Shown: positions 57,357 through 64,000 of the stretch, piece by piece
How the letters are laid out: every line of letters starts with the position of its first letter
Position numbering within the stretch: position 1 is the first letter of the stretch
Origin: Nannocystales bacterium
Lineage (GTDB): Bacteria > Myxococcota_A > Polyangia > Nannocystales > Nannocystaceae
Assembly (NCBI GenBank): GCA_050633305.1
Contig: JBOEGF010000010.1
Location: forward strand, 32,001-96,000
Reading direction: 5' to 3'
DNA length: 64,000 nt
Position numbers and translations under genes: made by a program
Notes under the pieces: generated by a model
Databases searched by the model: none
Told to the model about the DNA's origin: nothing
The model's input: the letters and a program-made list of their open reading frames with translations, nothing else

Positions 57357-58601
57357 CTACTCGAGGTCGTCGATGAACCCGTTGATCGTCTCCCCAAGCT
57401 CGACCGGGATGTCCTCCTGCGCAAAGTGAGCGCCGTTTTGCAACTCGACGAGCTCGATGTTGGGGAACTCCGTGGCCGCAAACTGAGCGTTGCGAATCGG
57501 GTCTCCACCTGCCGAGGGAGCGACTTCGAGGTTGGACAGCACGCCGGGGAAGATATCGATGACGAGCTTCGGCGTGTCGGTGGTCGAGAGGTACTCCTGG
57601 TAACCCCCGACGAAGGCCGTGGCGACGGGGTCGTCGGGGAACGGAAACGCGCGGGGTCCCGAAGGCAGGAACACGTCCACACGGTCTTGGGGCTCCTGCC
57701 ACGGATGCCGGTAGACCTCTTGAATGTCCTCGGGGAGCTCGATGAAGGTCAGTCCATCGAGTGCGTTGAGGAAGACGGCTTGCTCCGCGACCATCATTTC
57801 GCCGACGCCATCGGTACGCAGGGCACCGATGAGCATCGCGAAGTCAGGCGGGAGCGATTCGAGACCTGGGAGGGTGGACCACAGCGTCTCGAACATGGTG
57901 ATCGAGGCGACCTGGTCGGGGTTCTCCGAGGCCCAACGCAACCCGACGGGGCCGCCGAGGTCTTGGACCACCAAGTGCACCCCCTCGAGGCCGAGCTCGT
58001 CGGCAAACGCGTCGAGGAACTCGACCTGCATTGCAGGGGTGTACGGAAGCCCTTCGGGGCGCTCCGAGCGTCCATAGCCGATGAGGTCGATCGCGATCAC
58101 ACGCTTGCCCGTGAGCTCCGGCATCACGTCGCGCCAAAGGAACGCCTGCGTTGGAATCCCATGGACGAGCAACACGGGCTCGCCGTCCGCGGGTCCCGTC
58201 TCGACGTAGTGCATGACAGCGTCGCCCACGTCGACAAACTTGGAGCCGCCGGCCTCGGTGATGAAGTCCTGGTACAGCTGTGGCCAGTCCTCGAGGTCGT
58301 CGACCGGGCCTGGCCCGCCGTCGGTGTCGGTCCCCGGGTCCCCGGAGCTTTCGCTTCCGTCCGTCCCCGTCTCGGTGTCTTCGGATGTCGAGCCCGTCTC
58401 CGAGCTGCTGCCCGTCGTGGTGGAAGGTGTGGTGGTGGCGGTGGAGGCCCCGGTTGAAGGGGATGTGTCGTTCCCTGTAGCCTCGGTTCCAGCGGCTTCG
58501 GTGTCGGCCCCATCGGGGGCAGAATCGTCGTCGCTGCACCCGATCGGGAGTAGGAGTCCAAGTGTCGCGGCGGTGGCGATGAGTGCGGATCTGGTCGGCA
58601 T
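57357..58601 (-). CDS. Haloalkane dehalogenase-like alpha/beta hydrolase, lipoprotein
   Basis: Lipobox PIGC, T/S linker, MHYVETGP..G.PVLLVHGIPT, DLIGYGRS, QDLGG, MFE, PKL...PG, HFAQED; colinear with DhaA. Confidence 0.85.
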   Translation of the reverse strand: MPTRSALIATAATLGLLLPIGCSDDDSAPDGADTEAAGTEATGNDTSPSTGASTATTTPSTTTGSSSETGSTSEDTETGTDGSESSGDPGTDTDGGPGPVDDLEDWPQLYQDFITEAGGSKFVDVGDAVMHYVETGPADGEPVLLVHGIPTQAFLWRDVMPELTGKRVIAIDLIGYGRSERPEGLPYTPAMQVEFLDAFADELGLEGVHLVVQDLGGPVGLRWASENPDQVASITMFETLWSTLPGLESLPPDFAMLIGALRTDGVGEMMVAEQAVFLNALDGLTFIELPEDIQEVYRHPWQEPQDRVDVFLPSGPRAFPFPDDPVATAFVGGYQEYLSTTDTPKLVIDIFPGVLSNLEVAPSAGGDPIRNAQFAATEFPNIELVELQNGAHFAQEDIPVELGETINGFIDDLE

Positions 58602-58776
58602 TGCGATGACTGGAGTCTAGGAGCCGGGGCTCTGGGGACCATCGCGAGCTTCGAGATTCACTATGCACGGATCCGGGATAGTCGGACGCGGATGGCGGCC
58701 GTCGCGTCGTTGCCGACCCCCATCTCACGTCGTGCTCAGCCACGCCTCCATCCGCTCCGCAGGACGAAGCGTTCTT

Positions 58777-60009
58777 TCAGCAGGGAGCTGGGGGATAGTC
58801 GGTGCTGAACGAGAGCGTGAACGGGGTGTTGTTCGCGTCGATCTGGGTACCGTCGCCGTCGAAACAACGGACTCGAGCTCGGTACCCGGTGCCGGGCGCG
58901 GACCAGTTGACGATCTTACAGTTCCGGTCGGTGCTGCCGTAGTCGCTCACCATGGGGACGTACTCGGCCCAGCTCGCCGGGGGCCATCCGGTGTCCGAGA
59001 GCGACACGTTGATGTCGAGACCGACGCTGGCGGTGGAGAACGTCCCGGGCGAGTCGCAGGAGTATCGCGGAAACGACTTGCTATACGAACTGGAGGCGGT
59101 CCCAGACGAAATCCAGGTGTGTCCTCCTGCGTTACCCAAGAGCATGGTGTCTTCCATGTACGTGAGGGCGAACTGGGATTGGGTGGCGTTGCCGTCGCTG
59201 TCGAAGCACTTCACGCGGGCCGTACCCCAACCCCAGTAGTTTGCGCGGCAGCTGTCGCCGACGTATCCGTTTGCCGTGACGTGAACTGAAGCGTTCCCGA
59301 AGTTCATCCCGGGAAGCGTGACGTCGTACGCTTGTGCGGAAGCATTCCACGTGACCGTGTTGACTCCACCTGTGGAGTTCCAGGAGTACGTCGCCGCCCC
59401 GGAAGCGGGACTGGAGAGGTACGCGCCCGTTTGGTAGATGCTGGTTCCGGAGAGCGACTGAAATGTGACGACGAAGGCGCTGTCGACATACGCGCCATCG
59501 GGGTCGAAGCAGGAGATCTGTGGACCCGTTCCTCCCGCTCCGCCGACTCGTTTACACGCAGCATTGCTGGTGCCGTACGCGACGACTTGAACGTTCATGT
59601 ATGGGGATGGGGTGATGTCGACGAGGTAGCGACCCGTGCCGAGCTTCGACGATGAGATCGTGCCGGTGTGGACGTCGGAAGCGCCGAGGCTGCCCGAGCT
59701 TGTGACCCAAGCCCACCCTGCCTGGTGGGTCGTTGACAGCGAAGGGTCGAGCGGGGCATGCAGCATGAGGTCTGCGTCCGCGGGCGCGCCCGCGGGCTCG
59801 TCGGTCGCTTCTGCCTCCCGGCCAAACCCTCCGACTCCGTCGGGGTCGAGTGCGGACCCTTCGTGGTCCAGCAGCGCCAGTTCCTCGAGCTGTTCCTGGT
59901 TGTCGCTGGGATCTTGTCCGTCACACGCCGCGAGGAGCGTGAGGGCCAAGGCGGCGAGGCCCGCGAGCATTCGGGGGTGCATTCGGTTGATTGGGTGTTC
60001 GTGACGCAT
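58777..60009 (-). CDS. Lipoprotein with three tandem repeats of about 85-100 aa, each with a Cys pair
   Basis: Lipobox LAAC; repeats ending CFDPDG..F, CFDSDG..F, CFDGDG..F. Confidence 0.75.
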   Translation of the reverse strand: MRHEHPINRMHPRMLAGLAALALTLLAACDGQDPSDNQEQLEELALLDHEGSALDPDGVGGFGREAEATDEPAGAPADADLMLHAPLDPSLSTTHQAGWAWVTSSGSLGASDVHTGTISSSKLGTGRYLVDITPSPYMNVQVVAYGTSNAACKRVGGAGGTGPQISCFDPDGAYVDSAFVVTFQSLSGTSIYQTGAYLSSPASGAATYSWNSTGGVNTVTWNASAQAYDVTLPGMNFGNASVHVTANGYVGDSCRANYWGWGTARVKCFDSDGNATQSQFALTYMEDTMLLGNAGGHTWISSGTASSSYSKSFPRYSCDSPGTFSTASVGLDINVSLSDTGWPPASWAEYVPMVSDYGSTDRNCKIVNWSAPGTGYRARVRCFDGDGTQIDANNTPFTLSFSTDYPPAPC

Positions 60010-60740
60010 TGCGTTGTCTCGTTTCGTTGGAAGCCGAGCGACACGGCCAACTCCGCGTGGCCCGGCCGCGGCGAGCTAGTCGCACCCCAACGCAAAACGT
60101 TCCGAAGAATTGTTGCCGCGAAGCCGCAATCCCTCGCGGTGACGAGAACGTCGACGTCCCGGCCAAGCCTGTTGTCAGCGTCGGGGCGGACGGCCGGCTC
60201 GGATCTCCGTCGCCCCGAGGACCGGAAGCGTCCGAGCCGTGGCGAGGTCGGCCGAAAGCGGGCGACCAACGCTCGGCGAAGGAGCTCGCTGGGCCGACGA
60301 GTTTGCGCGGCCTCGCGCAACCACGGCGCGAGGCCGCCGGTTCTCACGCCATCGCGGCTGTCTTGGATGTTTCCCCAATCCCAGTCGTCGACGAACCCTC
60401 CGGGCGAGGCGTGCTCGAAGGCCTCGGTTTCGGAGGGCAGGTTTGGAGTGGGGGGCGAGTAGGGGGGAAGAGTTCCATGAGGCTCGGTCCTTTCACCGAG
60501 CCGGGTCGACGCGACGGGGCGGCGTGGCTCGATGGGCAGGTCGTCCGACGCCGGGCGAAGAACGTCCCAACAAACTCCGGCAAGAGGACCCGCAGCGGCG
60601 CTCGTCGTGACAGGCACGTCTCTCAGTCGAGCCCGTCGCCTTCCTGGGCTACGAATGGTGCAAGGAGACGATGGGGTCGTGGACGGTGGACCACGGACCG
60701 TGCTTGATGGCGACCCCGTCGGCGCGGTACCCCTCATGCC

Positions 60741-62492
60741 ATGAACTCGCGCGTGGCTTTGTGTGCTCTGTGTTTCGTCGTCGCCTGCGACTCGGCGAAG
60801 GAGGAGGATTCGTCCAAGAAAGACGCTGGTGCGTCCGACAAGGCGGAGGCGAAAACGGACAAGGACGAGAAGCCTTCGGAGGACGTGAAGCCATCCACGG
60901 AGAAGGACGAGAAACCGTCCGAGGCACCGGACACGGCGGCGTCCAAGGAGTGCCCCAAAGAACTCAAGGGGGCGCAGGAAGGCGACGTCGTGATCACGAA
61001 GGCATGCGGCGCGGTGCCGGTGACGGCGACGTACAAGGTGAACGGGTCCACGCTCACCCTCGAGGCCGGCGCAACGCTTGAGTTTGCTGATGGCGCCGAG
61101 CTTCAGGTCGGGTACTACGAGCCCGCCAAGCTCATCGTGCAGGGCACCGCGTCGGAGCCCGTGATGATGACGAGCAAGGGGGACAAGGCGGCCGGCGTCT
61201 GGAAAGGCGTGCGCTTGTACTCCAAGGCCGCCCGCTCCAGTGTGACCGGGTTGGTGCTCGAGTACGCGGGCGAGGACAAGCACGGCGCGCTCAAGGTCGA
61301 CGCGCCCGATGTCCGCGTCGAGAAATCCAAGTTTCAGCATCTCAAGGGCGCAGGCATCGTCACCGACCGGGAGGCGTCCTTCGCTGCATTCACGGACAAC
61401 AGCTTCACCGATGTCGGCAAAGTCGCGATTCGGCTCCCGGCCAACGTCGTCGGAGGCCTAGGCATCGGCAACACCTACGACGAAGCTGCACGCATCGTAG
61501 TGCCGGGCGGGTCCATCAAGGACGACGCCCACTGGATGGCTCAGGGCGTCGCGGTTCAGATTGGCGGAGAGGTCAAAGTCAACGGGGAAGATGGGGCTCG
61601 TGCGAAGTTGAGCCTTGACCCTGGGACGCGGCTCGAGTTCGGTGGGTCCGGTCGCATCGTCACCGGCTACTACGGCGAGGCCACGCTCGAGGCTCGGGGA
61701 AGCAAGGACAAGCCGATCGTGTTCACATCCTCCGACCGCGAGGAAGCGGGTTCATGGCGGGGGGTGTTCATCTCCGGCAAGGGCGAGGGGGACTTCGAGC
61801 ACGTCGAGTTCAACCACGGCGGCAAGGACGAGCGAGAAGGCGTCCTGAAGGCAGACGGTGCCGCCCGACTCTCCGTCGAACAGTGCACGTTCAACAAGAA
61901 CACCACCGGAGTGGTGCTGCGCGGTGCTGAGGTCAAGCTGACGAAGTTCGCCAACAACACGTTCACCGCGACGCCTGGCTCGGTTCGGGTGAACGCGGCT
62001 GTGATGGGGGGCGTTGGGGACGGCAACACCTACGACGCGGGTTCAGTGGTTGTGGTCGAGAACGGGCGCGTGAACGCGGATGCCACGTGGGCCCTCCAAC
62101 CGGGCGCGCAGGTGCAGATGGACGGCAACCTTCAGGTCTCTGGCGGAAAGCTCGAGCTGCCCGCTGGCTACACCCTCGCGTTCAAGGATGGAGCGTCGAT
62201 GACGGTGGGGTACTACGACACCGGCTCGCTCATCGCCCAAGGGACGGCGGACAAGCCCATCACGTTTAGCGGGCAGCGTGACGAGGCCGGCGCGTGGAAG
62301 GGGCTGAGCTTCCACAGCAAGGCCAGCGCTAACGATGTGAAGAACCTGGTCCTGCGGAACACTGCCGCTCCCGCGCTCAAGATCGACAAGAGCGCCAGCG
62401 GAACGGTCGATGGCGTCAAGTGTGAGACCTGTGCGGGGGAGGTCGTGAAGAAGGCCGACGGCTCGAGCTTCGAGGTCAAGAACGCCCAGTAG
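60741..62492 (+). CDS. Lipoprotein with repeated parallel beta-helix modules
   Basis: Lipobox VVAC, K/D/E linker, three GYY....L...G....P....S/G....G.W.G modules. Confidence 0.8.
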   Translation: MNSRVALCALCFVVACDSAKEEDSSKKDAGASDKAEAKTDKDEKPSEDVKPSTEKDEKPSEAPDTAASKECPKELKGAQEGDVVITKACGAVPVTATYKVNGSTLTLEAGATLEFADGAELQVGYYEPAKLIVQGTASEPVMMTSKGDKAAGVWKGVRLYSKAARSSVTGLVLEYAGEDKHGALKVDAPDVRVEKSKFQHLKGAGIVTDREASFAAFTDNSFTDVGKVAIRLPANVVGGLGIGNTYDEAARIVVPGGSIKDDAHWMAQGVAVQIGGEVKVNGEDGARAKLSLDPGTRLEFGGSGRIVTGYYGEATLEARGSKDKPIVFTSSDREEAGSWRGVFISGKGEGDFEHVEFNHGGKDEREGVLKADGAARLSVEQCTFNKNTTGVVLRGAEVKLTKFANNTFTATPGSVRVNAAVMGGVGDGNTYDAGSVVVVENGRVNADATWALQPGAQVQMDGNLQVSGGKLELPAGYTLAFKDGASMTVGYYDTGSLIAQGTADKPITFSGQRDEAGAWKGLSFHSKASANDVKNLVLRNTAAPALKIDKSASGTVDGVKCETCAGEVVKKADGSSFEVKNAQ

Positions 62493-63372
62493 CGGGCGCT
62501 CGAAGAACGCTTGAGAGCCTGTCCATCAGCGGCGTGACATAGGTTGTTCGGCGCTGGATGAGGTGGATGGGCAGCGACGCACGCAGCTGCGGCGCGTCGA
62601 GCACCTGCAGGGTGCCGAGGCGAAGCTCTTCTCCGACGCTGCTTCGTGGGAGAAGCCCAACACCGAAGTCGGCTTCAATCATTCGTTTCTGCGCGGTGAG
62701 GCTGTCGACCTCCAAAACTTCACTCGAGCCTAGACCTGCAGCAGCCAACTGCCGGAGCAAGAGGTTCCCAAACCCTTGTCCGTCTTCGGAAGCAGGAAAC
62801 CCGACCCACGTTGCGTCCAGGATCGTCTCGAGGCCGGTCTTGTTCGGAGTGGGTCGGGACCCGGATGCGACAACCACAAGCGGTTCGTCGCCGACCTGTT
62901 CGGAGGAGATATCGTCGTGTCGGTCTGCGAAGTAGCGGAGACCGAGCTGAGCGGTGCCGTTTCGGACAAGCTGGCTCACCTGAACGCTCAACGCAGTTCG
63001 CAGCTTCAAGTGCCCGTGACCCGCATCGTCGCGGAACCGCTTGAGTCGCGTGGTGAGGTCAGTGGCGGCGAGCGTACCGACCAGTGCGAGCGTGACGATG
63101 CCGCCCAAAGAGCCAGCGGAAGCGAGCACGGCCGCGCGACCGTCCTGCACCGCGGCGAGGGTCCTCCGGGCGAAGGGGAGGAAAGCGGTGCCCGCGTCGG
63201 TCAGCGTGACTCTCGACGGGAGCCGATCGAACATCGGCTGGCCTAGCGCATGCTCAAGCTGGCCGATCCGGCGACTGACGGCGGGCTGAGTGAGGTGCAG
63301 CTGCGTCGCTGCCGCGGAGAAGCTGTGGGTGTCTGTCACCGCAACGAAGGCTTCGATCTGGCTCAGCTCCAT
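62476..63372 (-). CDS. LysR family transcriptional regulator
   Basis: MELSQIEAF..SFSAAA.QLHLTQPAVSRRIGQLE..LG..MFDR...VTLTDAG. Confidence 0.95.
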   Translation of the reverse strand: MELSQIEAFVAVTDTHSFSAAATQLHLTQPAVSRRIGQLEHALGQPMFDRLPSRVTLTDAGTAFLPFARRTLAAVQDGRAAVLASAGSLGGIVTLALVGTLAATDLTTRLKRFRDDAGHGHLKLRTALSVQVSQLVRNGTAQLGLRYFADRHDDISSEQVGDEPLVVVASGSRPTPNKTGLETILDATWVGFPASEDGQGFGNLLLRQLAAAGLGSSEVLEVDSLTAQKRMIEADFGVGLLPRSSVGEELRLGTLQVLDAPQLRASLPIHLIQRRTTYVTPLMDRLSSVLRAPATGRS

Positions 63373-63388
63373 GTCTTCGATGGGGGGT

Positions 63389-63403
63389 ATAGCGTATTTG
63401 CAT
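63389..63403. promoter_or_regulatory. Putative LysR operator (T-N11-A)
   Basis: ATAGCGTATTTGCAT between the divergent LysR and PEP-mutase-family genes. Confidence 0.55.
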
Positions 63404-63448
63404 TCGACCCCCGGGCCTCCGAGCCGTAGCGTCGATGCATCCGCAGAC

Positions 63449-64000
63449 ATGGCGACCCAACAAGAAAAGGCGAGAGCGTTCCTGGCGGCCCACCACAGCA
63501 ATGAATGCATGCTCATTCCCAACGCGTGGGACGGCGGCAGCGCTCGGATGCTGGAGGCTGCCGGGTTTCCGGCGATTCTCACCACGAGTGCAGGCATTGC
63601 CTTCTCGATGGGGCGCCCGGACTACTGCGACACGAACGACCCTCGGAAATTGCCCCGAGAGACCATGCTCCAGCGTCTGGCGGAGATTGTGCGCGCGGTG
63701 GATGTCCCGGTGAGCGCAGATCTCGAGGCCGGCTACGGCGAGACGCCGTCTGAGGTGGCGCAGACGATCCGGATGGCGATCGATGTCGGCCTTGTGGGCT
63801 GTAACCTCGAGGATGTTGCGGGCGCGACATCGGAGCTGTTCCCCGTCGATGCCGCCTCGGCGAGGATTCGTGCTGCTCGGGAAGCCGCGGATGGGACCGG
63901 GGTTCCGCTGGTGATCAACGCCCGCACGGATGCGTTCTTGGTCGGCAGCAACGAGCCGCTCGCGGAGAGCATCCGACGTTGCAATCGCTACCGAGCCGCC
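63449..64000 (+). CDS. Isocitrate lyase/PEP mutase family protein (3' end outside window)
   Basis: My translation MATQQEKARAFLAAHH...PNAWDGGSAR...TTSAGIA..G.PD...PVSADLEAGYG...GCNLED...VINARTD; absent from the ORF track because it runs off the edge. Confidence 0.92.
   Translation, partial: MATQQEKARAFLAAHHSNECMLIPNAWDGGSARMLEAAGFPAILTTSAGIAFSMGRPDYCDTNDPRKLPRETMLQRLAEIVRAVDVPVSADLEAGYGETPSEVAQTIRMAIDVGLVGCNLEDVAGATSELFPVDAASARIRAAREAADGTGVPLVINARTDAFLVGSNEPLAESIRRCNRYRAA

Noticed and set aside
1..58601. Haloperoxidase plus dehalogenase homologue as a halogen-cycling system
   Set aside because: They are about 57 kb apart with unrelated and core genes between, and the dehalogenase homologue lacks halide-binding residues.
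60232..60276. Group II intron domain V or c-di-GMP riboswitch
   Set aside because: GAGCCGT and GAAAG are present, but the pairing and spacing do not fit either consensus.
1..64000. IS elements, integrases, prophage, tRNA/rRNA, CRISPR or anti-phage defence genes
   Set aside because: No transposase, recombinase, phage, nuclease or defence-ATPase motifs, and no tRNA or rRNA signatures, were recognised by eye.

Overview
High-GC bacterial chromosomal segment, most consistent with a myxobacterium of the Nannocystaceae type. Support for this is a MYXO-CTERM protein, many Cys-rich lipoproteins, expanded ECF sigma and Ser/Thr kinase loci, a DUF1592/DUF1552 pair and an exported ferritin-like protein. 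About 55 CDSs are recognisable. Core genes are murA, short-form hisG, a Cys-rich pal and cpoB. The rest is accessory: four ECF sigma modules, two Ser/Thr kinases, an orphan membrane-bound CheA-like kinase without a CheW domain, a head-to-head pair of MBL-fold hydrolases, an ABC permease-M1 peptidase fusion, a vanadium haloperoxidase (cut by the left edge), and a lipoprotein haloalkane-dehalogenase homologue that has lost both halide-binding residues. I saw no rRNA, tRNA, CRISPR array, IS element or prophage. Notable non-coding signals are a hairpin-dense stretch at about 60180-60500, a doubly ATGA-coupled mini-ORF after an ArsR gene, a perfect 20-bp palindrome at a start codon and a G-tract pentamer repeat upstream of a PilZ gene. 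All assignments come from motif recognition by eye, no database searches were run, and many start codons are my best estimate.
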